From Pseudovirgaria hyperparasitica (lineage: Eukaryota): a stretch of DNA of 64,000 bases. Positions 48,202 through 61,699 of this stretch are shown here, piece by piece. Both the position numbers and the translations under genes were made by a program. The notes under the pieces are model-generated. The model did no database searches and was not told the DNA's origin. It worked only from the letters and a program-made list of their open reading frames with translations. Where the stretch lies: NCBI GenBank assembly GCA_010093815.1, contig ML996567.1, one strand, 5' to 3'. Position 1 is the stretch's first letter, and the number at the start of each line of letters is the position of its first letter.

Positions 48202-49164
48202 ATGGCATCTCTGAAGTTTGTTCGCTCGGTGGGTGAAATCGATCTAAGCTTTGGAGCACTGAACTAATGAGTCAGGTATGGGAATCGTTCAGGGCGAATT
48301 CCGGACTTGAACCAAGGTACCTCGGTCAAGATCAATATACTTACCTGTTTGTACATATACTCACAAGATGATCATGCAATAGGCTTCTTGATGAGGTATC
48401 TAGGGTATCCTACCAATATGGGTCTGCCAATGTTAATCTCTATCAAAGCTGAAAATAATCTCTGCCGTTCCTGGTTGCGTGAACTTTGAACTTCCGATTC
48501 AGAAGCAACACACCGTATGTATCTATTTCTTCACAGCACTGTAACCAATGGTCATTGGCTAAGTAATATAGAATAGGCTAAACATCCTGCATGGTGGAAC
48601 CATAGCAAGCATGGGTGCGTCTCGTATTATTACGTCTACCACGCCTCTAACACACACACATAGTTGATTTGGGTGGCTCCTTGGCTGTAGCGTCGAAGGG
48701 GCTATTCTCAACTGGCGTATCGACAGACCTGAACGGTGCGTAACAATGGCGACTTGTTCACTCACTAATTGACTTTTCGTTCAAGTTACGTACATCAAGT
48801 CGGGGGGCAAGATCGGAGACACCATCAGAGCGGTGAGATTTCGCATGCACGTATCAATCTGGTCCAATTGCTGATATCTTCACAGGAAGCCACATGTGAC
48901 AAATGTAACAACACTCGGCATTGGAGCCGTCTCTGAAGCTGACTGGTGTTTTTAGTCGGAAAGACTCTAGCATTTACATCGATCCGCTTTACAAACGCAC
49001 AAGACGAGCTGGTCGCTCGTGGAAGCCATACTAAGTAAGCTGCGGTTATACGATCAAATCGAATGTTGCTAATGAACCCAAGGTATATCGCACCAGCTTG
49101 GAAAGACCCAAAAAACATTACAGACGAACTTGCGCCCAAGCCAGAAGAAACACCTGGTCAGTGA
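48202..49164 (+). CDS. PaaI/ACOT13 (THEM2)-like hotdog-fold acyl-CoA thioesterase, 10 exons, 162 aa
   Basis: Exons 48202-48228, 48276-48316, 48383-48395, 48449-48514, 48572-48614, 48664-48735, 48786-48832, 48886-48904, 48956-49034, 49083-49164 (489 nt) read MASLKFVRSVWESF...HTNRLNILHGGTIASMVDLGGSLAV...GVSTDLNVTY...FGKTLAFT...VARGSHTK. Confidence 0.9.
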
Positions 49165-49557
49165 ACGCCTCACACGAGGCAATTCATACGTCGGAGTGTA
49201 GTACAGTATTGTCCTAAGACTCCACTAATCATGACTTGGTTTATAATTTAGACATCGATAAGCAATGTCGAGTACTTACATACATAACTGGGTATCTAAG
49301 GACCCATGTTCGTCCACTCCTTCTCTTTCGCTCACTACCTATTCCAATGCCCATTCCTTCTGCTTGCCTATACGCAGTCGCCCAACCATGCAATGGTATT
49401 CCTACATTGATGATCAAATTGTGCTTGACCCTCCTTTTGCCCTTGATTTAGGCTCGCAGTATCTTCCAAGAAAGTATTCGCCACACTAACGCCTCCGCCG
49501 CCGATGTCTTGGCTCAGGTGAAACGCAAAAAGATCTAGTGTTTTTCATGCATTCCTC

Positions 49558-52500
49558 CTAAGATTGAAGCGCTCCGTTACTCGCGGCTTGCTCAGCGGCG
49601 ACAGCAGCAAAAATAGCATCAGCTTGGTGCACTGCACCCTGGAGGACTTGTTGCTCCTCAGGAGACAGGTTCTTCGTCAAAGATTCGTACATCTGTGGCT
49701 CTCTCGATTGCAATTCTATTAGATATTAGCAGGCCGTTGATTATGTCAGGGAAGACAGCATCTGTACCTATGAGAGAACTTTTTAGCATGCTGTATGGCT
49801 CTAGCTTATCGAGCGGTGTCTCGAGCAAGCTCTCCTCCTCCAAGTCATCGTCATCCTCAATGGAAGAAAACTTCTGGGCCTCCTCATTCAAGAAATCCAG
49901 ATAGGCGGTACTTTCATCTTTGACATCGTCGCCTTCGTCTTCGCCTTCCCATTCCTCGACTTCCCACTCCTCGTCATCCTCCTCCTCGTCGTCATCGTAG
50001 CTGCCAGCAAAGTCTTCTCTCTTCGCCTCTTCACGATCTGCTCAGGGGTTAGCATATATGACAAAATCTGTTGCAGGAAAAACTTGCTTTTTAGTGCGGC
50101 AGGGAGGGTTTGAAACAACCGGACGAGGCCCTGTAGCAGTCGCGACCACCCTGGTTGAATTGTGACAGGTACTTCCTCCCCTCTCAATGAGAGGAGCAGT
50201 GTTATCGCAGCAATAGAAAGCTTCTTGTCGTGAACTCGGGTGAAACTGTCCATATTCGCAAACCATTGACTGAAGAATTTGTTGGTCCACTGGTTCGCCT
50301 CAAGGATCTGGAGAGTAAGCCTTGGGTTGTAGTAGACGGCGTTGATGACCATTTCCATGAGATGAACTCGGACGGACTTGACTTTGGGCTCATCGTTGTT
50401 AAGTTTCCCCATAGCAAGGCTGATGAACTCTGGAATGCATGCATCAATACTGCCACGAAGAGAGAGCATGAGGTTCTCGGCGAGCTTGCACCCGCATATT
50501 CGCTCAACACCCCCGACTTTGTCGTCTTTAAAGATAGTCCGGATGATGTCTACAATAGCTTCGAGATATGGGGGATTCTGTCTGAGTGCTTCGTGACCAA
50601 AGCTAACAAAGTTCTCCAGTGCTGGTAGCATATCTTCGAGATAGAGCTCAGCCCCTGCTTTAAAGGTCTTGTGAATGAGCTCAAATGCCTGCCACATTGT
50701 AGGTGAGATGCTCTTTGCTGCGAATGTACAGCTGTCGATTATCTCGAAGACTTCATTGTATAGGTCATAAAGCTTATTTTCGAGCGTGATCGTGATGACA
50801 GGCATTAAGACAACTTCAAGGTGTAGGAGCACGTCTGGCGTACTCTCCAAGGTAAGGATAAGAGTTCCGATGGTCTGAAGCACTCCCAATGCATTGATGC
50901 TCTTATCATCCAGGTACTCACCATTCTCGTCGTCATTGCCTCTTTCGATAACAACCCTAGCGAGACGGAGGTAGGTATCGCGAAGCTGTTCACTTAAAGC
51001 CACAGCGAATGGGGTTAGTTCGTTAGCGAAAACCTCCACAAAGTCTTCCATGACATTCGCTAATGCATCGACATCGACCTCGTTGGCGAGTTTCAAGAGT
51101 TGCTGCATGACCTGGGGAATGTTATGTTGCATAGCCTGCCGAATGAGGTCATGTCTGATAAGAGGCTGAAGTGCCAAGGCAGCCTCGACACGTACAGGAA
51201 GATCCGGGTCCGCCATACATTCAAGTATGTTCTTGTAGATAGTCACGAGATTATTCTCATCCTTGAACTCTAGTTGCTCAAACCTTTCCAGTGTATCGCA
51301 TGCGCGGGCGCGAAGGAAACCATGTTCGCTGTGGAATTCCGGAAACACATGCCTGACGAAGAAGTATTCCATCTGGTCCGCAATAGGACTCTTTTTCCCA
51401 AGAAGAACTGTGGACAAAGATCCAACCATTCTAAGAGCTCCTTCTTTCTGTCTTGGGTTCCTTGCCTCTACTGGTGTTGTCTCCCATTGGTTCATGATGT
51501 TATTCACAAAGCTTAGCACCGTATATGTCTGCTTCCTTCGATTCTTGGTGAGGGTGGTAAGGAAGGTCGTTGCGGCGGCATCGGGTGCGGTCAGTTCCTC
51601 GTAGAAATTTAATCTCCGGTGAAGGTACTCCTGTGGATCAGATTCGAACAATTCAAGGTCCTCGTCCGACTGGCAGAGTACCGGAAACACAAGGTGAGCT
51701 ATCAAAGTTTCCGTGTGTGGCTTCAGAAGAGCCCACATCGCTTTGGGCTTGACACATTCATCCAGAAAAGTCAAAGTAAAAGACAGACATGGTTTGCTCA
51801 GCCAAATGGTTTTAGCAACCCATTTCTCGATCTGCTGTAGATAAACTTTGAAGATCTCCGGGGCAAAAACTGCGCTAAAGTTCTTAGCTACTTCAGCATA
51901 GTCGGCTTCGTTGTTTTTGCCGAGACTTTGCGGGTTGCCGTATCTAGTGGCGTCTGTCAGTCAAGCCCAAAGTAACCGGAGCGGACGTCTTACCTCATAT
52001 ACAGCCTGTTCAAATTAGCGTACGCCCATTTTTTAGATCTCCACCAGTGATTATTTTCTCTGTCTTCAGTATCTTCTGGCATCGCCATCGTCTGCAAGTC
52101 TTTGCCGACAACGTTGATGAAAAGTGTGCACCAGTTGATCATGGTTTGCTGTTCACGTAAGCAAACTGGGAGTTCGTACTGTGCGGGATCAGCATATCTT
52201 CCAAATGTCATTCGTGCGCTCATACTTACGTATATTGCCTGCTTGTAGACTTTGAGAACTGTGTGGAGCATATCGCCGGCCTCGGGCGTAGTCTGGTTCA
52301 AGACACCGTTTCCGATATTCAGGAGTTGAGGGAATGTCATTTCAACAATCTTGTCGAATTCAGCTCTTGCTTCCCCTCCCTTGTAACGGTATATTCGGCA
52401 GAGGGCGAGGAGACATTGAACACCTGCAAAGACCGAATTTTCATCGCCGGCGTTCAGTAGATTGATGGTCAGCTCTAGATAGCTCGGCCATTTCGAGGGA

Positions 52501-52972
52501 AAGTCGGATGCGAGTATTTTTTGAAGCGTAGGCGTAAGCTGAGCGCGGATAGAGGACGGAGAGGCAGCGAGGATGGGCACTAGGCGGTTTCTGAAAACGG
52601 CCTTCTCTTCCTCAGGTATCGGCTTTGCTTGCGTGAATTCTTCATCCGACCAGCCCTTCTGAACGCGATTTTTGGCATATAGGACAGCTACGCGGCCAGT
52701 CAGCGTGCCAATTTTCCCGAAAAGCTGGATGAACTTGTCGGGATCACATACTAGCTAGTCTCACAGCGTGAACTTGCTCGGACTCCAAAATGTTCAAGAG
52801 CGCGTCGGTGAAGCCAGGTTGCTCCTCTGCCTACGCACATTGTGAGTTCAAAGGCAATGGAGTGGAGTACTGGCTACCATACACGTTTAAGATCAAGCTC
52901 TGCTTTCCTTCGCGTATCGATGTCAGCCTCCAGAGTCAACTGGATGCAGGCCCTAAGTGCTGTGACGTCCAT
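49558..52972 (-). CDS. NMD5: Importin-beta family karyopherin, Nmd5/importin-7-like, multi-exon
   Basis: MDVTALRACIQLTL...RRKAELDLK, DFPSKWP, WWRSKKWAYANLNRL, DPQEYLHR, KEGALRM, FLRARAC, LPVRVEAALAL, FTRVHDKKLSI, acidic loop, LEEESLLETPLD. Confidence 0.9.
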
Positions 52973-53622
52973 CTTGGTACCGTTTGAGGAGCTCTTGAGG
53001 GTTTGCCAGGACTAAACACGTGGGGTCGCCAGGATCGCGAAGCTTGCACAGACGGTGCTACAGGCACACGATCGATGTACAGGGCAGGATGATCTGCAGA
53101 AAGGACTTAAAGTGAAGCAGTTTGTATCTAAGCGAAGGGAAGAGTTTTGGGCATGTATGTACGGAGGGGTGTGGGAATTTTTGTTCGTGATGGTTGGCCG
53201 AGGGGTGGAATGTACTAGTGCTGTGGGCCTCCTTTTAGCTAGGGCCGGCCTGCTTAGATAGCGCGACATGGCCTGCCACCTATCAATCATCATAGCTAGC
53301 TGAGAGTCTGTGTGAGCTGTCAACACTCTCTTCGGTGGAACACATGCACAACGCTGTGAATTGCTCCACCACTCCACTGGCTGGCTACAAGACACACGGT
53401 ATCACCATCCAGACGACGTGTTTCTTCAACAGTCAAGCACAACGGGATCGATCGTATGACGTGCGTTCGCGCTCTGCTGTGATGCGATCGCTGACTGACA
53501 CCGGCGCACTTTGCTTTGTATGTACTATGTACGTACAGAACAGAATGTCATACGACACTCTCAGTATTGCCTCCCTATCAACAACGGCAAGTAAAGCGCC
53601 GCTTGTCGTCAGTCAGGCCAGC

Positions 53623-56600
53623 CTACATGTATAAAGATGCCACTGCGCATACGTCTCGCTTGATCATCTCCTGCGCTGTCTGCATCTTGGTAAACAGCTC
53701 TGGATCGCCAATGATGCGTGCCGCATTCTTCACCTCGCGACAAGTCTCATCCAACCTCGTGATGACACGAACAATAGTCCCTTCCATGACGTCTGTCAAA
53801 TCCGTGATACGGTTGAAGGACATGCCGCGCGCCCATTCGTAGACGACTTCGACCATTCCAAACCGTGGCTTGCTAACAAAGTCGTTCGAATCGTCAGAGG
53901 ATAGAATGACCTGATGGAGTGTCTGAATCTGATTGACCTTTTCCGATATCTCCACAATCTTTGCCTGTCCCTCTTCCAGCCTGGACGTCAAAGTCGGAGT
54001 GGCGTCCGTTTTCTCTTGGAAGACGAATGCTGAAAGCAGCGCAACAATCTCCTCAGGCTCATATTCTGACAACACATTTTCGAGGATAAGTTCGGTCAAT
54101 ACCAATTCGTCGGCAGAATGGATCTAGGCATATCAGTAAGACAGTGCGCTTGTATCAGAGTAGGACACATACTTCACATGCAACTTTCCCTTTTAGCTCG
54201 ACTCGCGACTTGTCGTCAATGAAGCCTAGGTCCTTTAAGACGGAGAGGCGCTGTTCATAATCTGGAAGCAATTGTAGATTCTGATCCGACATCAGTTGCT
54301 TGAGCTGCGTTATGGACTCTTTGATTATCCATTCGTTATGTTGCATGGTAAACTGCTTTCATCAGTATAGGACTAGTACGAAGGTATGTTGCAAGGCTCA
54401 CGTGTTCTACAAATTTCGGGCACTGCAAGCATGCTCGGTGCTGTGCGGTTTCCGCCTCCTGTTTACGAGCTTCTAGGATGTTCTGAAAAGACAGATCCTT
54501 GATTTTAGTCCAGTCTAGCTCATTCCAGTCAGAGAAATCCCAAGACTTGCACACAGGAACGAATTGGTCTTTGGCGACTTCAAGCGCGCCTACGTTAAAC
54601 ATTAGTATCATAGCTCGTTGCCAGCGAGCTCGTAATACTAAACACTCACCTTTACGATCGTTGAGGGATTTGAGCGGAGCGACTACTTTTATGGCTGTGC
54701 TAGTCACACATTCCACGTCCGCAAGATCGACAAAGACAGGCTCTAGGCTCATATCTTCCACGGTATGAGGCAGAGGAGCAAAAAACTTGCCAAAGTCTGC
54801 CAGGTATGGCAATGCATCACTGATATGCTTTCCTCCTTGGGAGGATGCTATCTCCAGGACGCATAAAGCTCCGGTACCCTTATTGATCCCGTCGCGTATT
54901 AGCATGCCTGCGGTCCGTACACCAGCCTGTGATATATTAGCAACTTTTGGGGAGACATGAATGGGTTCGGCAGTCAGAAACCTTTTTGTAAACTATCAGT
55001 CTCCTTGCAGTGAACCACTTTCTTCCAAGAGGAGATGCTAATGCTGCAAGAAGGAGATCATTTGTTAACCGTTTCCAATTTATACAAGCTTGGTGGCACT
55101 GCTCGAGATCAATGTCGCAAATCTCGCAAGGCTCTCGTTTGATTTTGGCCAGGTCAGCCTCGGACAGCTTCACTTTCTTCTCGTGCTCTGGTAACAGGGT
55201 TTGTGTAGCGTTCTCACTGAAACTGCGCTTAATCATTTCCTCGATCTTCAAAGCCTCGACACGGAGAAGATTTAGAATCATGTTGTATGTCAACCGAAAC
55301 TGCGATCGTAGCTTTGTCGGATCGCCTAGCATCATCTGCCGAAGTCTGGCTATTGGCGGTGCTTCATCTGCTCCAGGAGCAACGATAATGACTGAGCCAA
55401 CCGGGTCAAGGCCTCTTCGTCCAGCTCTCCCAGCCATTTGGGTGTATTCGCCAGGAAGTAGGTCTCTAAACGCTCTACCATCATGTTTACGAAAGCCAGA
55501 GAAGACGACAGTCCTGGTGGGCAGATTGAGACCCATGGCGAAAGTCTCTGTTGCGAACAAAACTTTCACGAGGGACTTTGCAAATAGGATTTCAACCACC
55601 TCCTTAACAATAGGTAGCATACCACCATGGTGGACAGCGATGCCACGCCCAAGAAGCTCTCTTAGCCGTCGAATTTGTGGGAGAGTCCGGTCTTCCGGTT
55701 TCAGTCGAGCGATAGATTTCTCGATAATCATATGTACAGCGCTCTTTTCTTTGGCATTGCAATAGTCCTGGTTCGAGAGAGCATCGGCATTCTCTTCACA
55801 TCGCTTCTTCGAGAAGACAAAGATACAGCATGGAAGTAACTGCTCGTTCCGAAGATGATTGACTAGATGGACCCAGATCGTGCGGTCCTGTGCAGCCGTT
55901 GTACGCCCGCCGCCTCGCCCTGTTCGAGCTATGTTTCCTCTACCACGCTGCGCAGGTGCTTGACCCCGTCCACGTTGCTGAGGGCCACCCCTTAGTGAAC
56001 CACCCCGTTGAGCACCACCTCTTTGTTGTCCACCACGACCACCTCGTTGATTACCACCGCCTCTTGGGCCTTCAGGTTCTGGAGGGGGGGCTTTGATTTT
56101 ATCTTTGCCTGATAGTGCATCGTTCGCATCCTTCCAGCCTTTCTCGATAAATCTTTTTTCGGCATCAACGATCTTATGCATAGCCTTGTTCGCCCACAGG
56201 AAGTGCTCCAAAGGCACAGGCCGCTTTGACGTCGAAATAACGTATATGTCCTTCTTTTTCGTTCTTCCTACCCACGAGGCAAATTCATATGTGTTAGGCA
56301 CTGTTGCGGAAAGTAGAATGAGAGTAACGTGCTCGGGAAGCATGATGATGACCTCTTCCCACACGACTCCACGCTCGAGGTCGTTTACATAATGGACCTC
56401 GTCAAATATCACAAATTCGACGTCACGGATAAGATCTGCACCACGGTAGAGCATACTTCGCAGGATCTCAGTCGTCATGATCAGACAGCTTGCTTCAGGT
56501 CTGATCTGCACATCACCAGTCAGGATTCCGACGTCATCGAACTCGTTGCGAAAGTCTCGGAATTTCTGGTTACTGAGCGCCTTGATTGGCGAAGTATAGA

Positions 56601-57711
56601 TAGCTTTGGTCATGTGCTTTGCTGCTAGTGCAATTGCATATTCAGCGACCACAGTCTTGCCCGCAGACGTGTGAGCAGCCACAAAGACGGAGTCTCCATT
56701 CTCCAAATGATAGACGGCCTCCTTTTGGAACGTGTCGAGTTCGAAAGGCCACTCTCTTGCCATGTCTGGGACGAGGTCTCGAAAGTTGGCAATGCCGCGA
56801 TTGATATCGACCATATGAGCCCACTGTCGACCTCCTCTCTTGGACGAGGCTGTTGCTAGCTGACCGTGGGGAGCAAGGGATGGGAACTCCACGGGCAATA
56901 GAGCATCAATGTCGTCTTCGCTTTCACTTTTATCGTGATCTTCGGAGCCGCTTTCTTTGTTTGCATCGCGAGACCCGTGCGGTCTCTTTGAAACGACATC
57001 ATCGGCATCATACTCCTCCGTCGTCTCCTCTAAAGTCTGCTCTACTTCAGCCGCGGTAGCATCATCTGCTTCCTTTCTTAGTTCAACCTTAAGGCCTCTC
57101 GAAAAGCCAGGAGGAATCTCCAAAAGGCCGCCCTCAACTCCAAATTCAATGATACGATCTAGACCACCGGCTTGCACCCTTGTCTTTCCGGCTTGTTGCT
57201 TAGATATTGCGTCGTCTTCTATAGCTTGTATTGATTCGACGTCATCTAGTCCGCCTGGTGCGAAGGGAAAGAAACCTGCTGCCCCACGAACAAATTCTGC
57301 TCTGTTGGCAGGTTTCCTGAGCAGTGATGTTGAGTTCTTCGCAGTGGCACTGCCAGCAGGAACTGTGATCTCCTTATAGCCAGTCACACGACCTTCGAGT
57401 CCTTCGCGTGTGAACCGAGTGATTGTTCTCGTCTGCGTTGGTGCGATCTCGAAGAGGTTGGTATAGTTGGCTGGAGTTTCCCACCTGTGCTGGAGCTTGT
57501 TGAGCCACTGCGTACTGAATGACGTTGAAGGGGTAAGGAATTCAGTTTGAAGCTCAGATTTGAGCTGTTCTTCACTTCTTCTGGCGCGTTTGCATGGGCG
57601 TTGTTCATGAAGAATCGTGTCTATGAAGGCGTCGTCCTCTGTCTCCAGTGCTTCCGCGACTAGATGCACTTTATGAAATGCATCAACCAAGTCTTCCATC
57701 CTGTCAATCAT
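53623..57711 (-). CDS. SKI2: Ski2 DExH RNA helicase (cytoplasmic exosome cofactor), multi-exon
   Basis: FVRGAAGFFPFAPGG, WPFELDTFQKEA, AHTSAGKT, SPIKALSNQK, DEVH, LSAT, ATETFAMG, QMAGRAGRRG, C-terminal EGTIVRVITRLDETCRE...ASLYM. Start 57711 or 57699. Confidence 0.95.
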
Positions 57712-57919
57712 AGCAACAGGATTGCACTTAGTGGAAAGACGTGGCACCAAGAGTATGTTGTTCTTGTCTGTGACGTTGACGGCCTAGGTGTGGAACTCTT
57801 AGCGTCTTTCTGTTACTAGGAGCCCCACTTGCACTTGGGCACAATTAGAACATGGATGTAAAGACAATGCCGGACAAACCAGGCGATTGGCGCCGGTTGC
57901 CACGAATTTATCATAATTA

Positions 57920-58899
57920 TCACCACGGATCATCCATTCCACCCATCTCAGCCATTGCTTCCATTTCGTCCGCAAATTCTTCTTCTTCGGGATGGGCTTT
58001 CGGCGGTTTGGCCGTGGATTTGGTTGCGTTGATAATAGATTCTTCCTCTGCCAACAAAGCGTCAAGATCGTCATCATCAACTTGATCGCCAGAGCCTTCA
58101 TTCCTATGAGATTCTTGTTCTTCAGCTAACAAGGCGTCAAGCTCGTCATCATTTGGGGTGTGTGAGAGAGGTTCACTAGCATTCTCCTGGCCCCTTGAGC
58201 TCTGCGCCAGTCTTGCGTCTAATCTTGATTCACGCGCTTCATTGTTGGCTTGGTCACCGTTCATAAGCCCTTCGGACGCCGGACGTCTTGGGACATCATA
58301 TTCGTCGACATAGTCATCTGGTTCCGAGACTCGTGGTTTTCCTTCGTCAATCCATGCCCTCCTCATCATCTGTATTGTCTTCTTGTGACCCAATTTCTCT
58401 ACCATCACCAAAGCGTCCGTGAACTTCGCACGTGGGTATAGATCGTCGAGCCAGAATTGGTAGGTGTTGAGTAGGCGAGCGATATCAGAGAACTGCATGT
58501 AGGATTAGTAGGATGGTAGACCTAAGTGAAACTCTGTTACGTGCCTCGTGTCCCTTGCCCTTGAACCTCAGTCGATCCTTGGATATTTTGCGCAGCTTTG
58601 GGATTCCAGCAGCTGACAATAATCTAGCCAGTATAAGCATGCATGCCGTCGTTGTTCATCAGATTCTGGCATCACCTTGCCTCGTCCAACTTGGGTATCG
58701 GCTGTCGTTTCTTAACTATCTTGACTTCCTCCTCGATACCCAAATCATTCTTGACATTTACAGCATTGGTGCGAGTTTGCTCTGCGTCGTTCGGTGCATT
58801 GCCTACGTCTCTAAATACGTCGTCCATACTGACATCATAGTTGAACAAATCGTCCAGGTCGTCGCGACTTGCAGACGCTTCCGTAGTGGCTCCTGGCAT
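57920..58899 (-). CDS. CSM3: Replication fork protection complex subunit Swi3/Csm3 (Tipin)
   Basis: LGIEEEVKIVKKRQPIPKLDEAR|LLSAAGIPKLRK...FKGKGHE|FSDIARLLNTYQFWLDDLYPRAKFTDALVMVEKLGHKK. Confidence 0.9.
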
Positions 58900-59045
58900 T
58901 CTGGCTTCGTGGATATTCAGAGTCTTGTCTACAGATGGTAGCGCCTTGATGTCTAAGTGGAGAGCCCAGCTGGTAGAGGTAATACTGTGGAAATATAGTG
59001 TGTATCTCACAAATATCCGATGTAGCCTCTCCGTGGTATAGAGAC

Positions 59046-59075
59046 CGCGCATCGCGAAAGACGCGTCGCGGCGCG
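59046..59075. promoter_or_regulatory. MCB/SCB-like CGCG cluster upstream of Swi3/Csm3
   Basis: CGCGAAA 59053-59059, ACGCGT 59061-59066 and further CGCG cores, ~160 bp upstream of the ATG. Confidence 0.6.
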
Positions 59076-59463
59076 GGCGCGGATCAGTAAGTTGCACTAG
59101 TCCTAATTAGGCTAAGGCCCTCACCACACTTTCAATCGGTTCCTTTCTCATCGCCGACAAAGCCTATTGAGCGCGACAATAGCAGCAACCGTGAATGAAA
59201 TCTACCATATAAAATCTATCGACGTCTGATCTGAAGTCCTGAAACAAATTGATGTCCAGTCTTCGTCTTGCTCCTTGCCCAACGACATTAAATAAGCATC
59301 AACCCGCGCATTCTGTCCAGGAGACATTGAGAACCAAAATCTTCGCCGGAAACATACATCGCGAAGCAAACCAATCTTGTTCTACCAACCAAAAGCCCCG
59401 CCAAGTCAAGTGTTGTGGCCCATCAAAACTGCTATCCTTACGAGCACAACGCAGGTCATTACG

Positions 59464-61699
59464 ATGGCTGTGTCAGAGGTGGAGTCTGTCGACTCCATCT
59501 CGTACAGACTGCGAGACTTGCTGGCCCACGCTCGCCGATTGAAAAGCTCGACTTCAATAGATCCTCGTCTGCCAGTGTCAGATCTTTTCCAGGAAGCAGG
59601 GCAACCCAAAGTCCGTTCCCACCCAGTTCTTGCGAAGGGAATACTGGAGGCAGCGGCCAGAAAAATATTCTATGGTATATTGGTGAGTCACGTGCAAAGT
59701 CTGACTTTTAGGTTTACTGACTTCATAGGACGAATATGATATAGAAGAGCCTGAATTTGTTCAAATGTGGAATCTGTTGGATATTCTACAGCACTATGAA
59801 GACATCGGTAAGCATGCACTCGTGACCGCCTTGGTCGCAAAGTCACTAAATACCTCATGTACAGGTCAAAGTTCACCAGCTCTGGTACTCTGGCTTCTCG
59901 AAGAGATGCTTGACAGTCAGAACATTGAAGCTTGTCGCCGTGTTTTCGATTACATGGAATCGCGGAGAGAAATCTTGATCGCCGTGAGTGAGAAGCAAAG
60001 TATTTGACGGTTCTACAGCTAAAAGACCATAGAGCAACTTCTCAAGGAACAAAGATTTAGTCATCTTGAGGTCTTGCAACGAACTTCTTCGGCGTCTTTC
60101 TCGAGCTGAAGATGCCGTATTCTGCGGTCGCGTCTTCATTTTCATGTTCCTCAGCTTTCCACTTGGCGACAAGAGCTCCGTCAACCCCCGGGGCGATTTC
60201 CATGTGGAAAACGTCACGACGTTCGCCGACTCGCCATCAGGAGTATCGAACGGAGAGCCTGATGAGATGGATGTGGATGGAACGGAGGTCACTGAAACAC
60301 AAGTCACAGTGAATGTTCAGTCGGACGATGCCGAAACCAACACATCCGCGAATCCAGACGAAAAGGTGGTGCAGAAGAAGACACCAACCTCTCAGGTCGA
60401 TATTGATACGCTCTATCCCATCTTTTGGTCCTTGCAACAAGCATTTTCCAATCCTACTCGACTGTTCTCTCAGGAAGCGTTCGACGAGTTCAAGAAAGGA
60501 CTCGAGATGACTCTACAGAAGTTTAAAGAGATCCCGACGGTAATTTCAGGAGAGAAACTGGGTGTCGGCCGTGGGCTAGCCAGTAGTTCTGACGATTTCG
60601 CGAGCACATTCAACCCCAAATATTTGACCAGCAGAGATCTATTCAAACTAGAGGTACGATCTGTTCCCGGGCCGGACGAACTGTAAGTGCTAATGCCGAA
60701 GACCAGTTAAGCGATCTTGCGTTTCAACGACACATCCTCGTGCAGTCACTCATTTTGATCGACTTTCTCCTATCCCTAACCGAGGCATCGAAAAGCAAGC
60801 TAGCCCCAATCACCACGCAGAAAGCACTCCGGTATACCTTTACAGTGAGCGAACACGACGTACGTATACCCTAGCATCACTAGTATGACATGCAAGTGGC
60901 TGACACGAACACAGGCCGGATGGGCTCTTGGTATCAAGCGAGCTATCGTAAATTATCTGCAGGAGGGGCCCGAAGGCAAATTCTATCATCGCATGGTTGA
61001 AGTTGTCTTGTCCCGAGACAAGAATTGGGTCCAATGGAAACTGGAAAACTGTCCGGAGATCAAACGTGCCCCTGTGCCGGCAGACGTCTTCCAGGAATCG
61101 AAATCTGGAGCGCAAAAAACATGCGCTGGAAGGGTCATGCGTGCAGCGCCCATGGGGTCTTTAAGCTTGGCATTTCTGTCAGATAGCGATGCAACAGATG
61201 GAATGGAGGGTCTCAGAAATGGCGATCGGTAAGGTTCCGCTCATCCGAGAATTTTTGATGCGAAATTGTACGAAGGCTTACTTGGGACAACAGCACGGTG
61301 GTACCAACGCCAGAGAGCTTCATTCATGGCATTCAAGGGGATGACCTGGATCTGGAAATGGCAACTGAAGATGAAAAGGAGTCATTGCACACGGCTAAAA
61401 CCAGTAAGACATGGCGGGCTCTTCGCATTTCAAGCAGGGATAAGCTCAGCCGCTTCGATCAGATTGATGATGGAAAGAACATCCAGAAGCTTACGCAGGT
61501 GGAGCCATCTGCAGAACCGCACGCAGAACTTTCCAACGTCACTGAGCAAGGCGAGGCTGGTTCTGGGCCAGTAGAATTGACAACAGAGAGCTCCGTGACC
61601 GAAAAGGGTGAGAAGGTGCAGGGAACACCGCCCTTGGAGGAACAGCGGGCCGGTTCTTCAGATCAAGTGACAACAGCAGCATCCGAGGGCACCGGTTGA
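59464..61699 (+). CDS. THOC1: THO complex subunit 1 (THOC1/Hpr1/p84), multi-exon
   Basis: LEEMLDSQNIEACRRVFDYMESRRE, ILRSCNELLRRLSRAEDAVFCGRVFIF...FPLGDKSSVNPRG, LYPIFWSLQ, FNPKYLTSRDLFKLE, VLSRDKNWVQWKLENCP, SKTWRALR. Confidence 0.92.

Noticed and set aside
48337..48347. ATACTTACCTG, identical to the U1 snRNA 5' end
   Set aside because: It lies in a 66-nt intron, with no U1 stem-loops or Sm site following.
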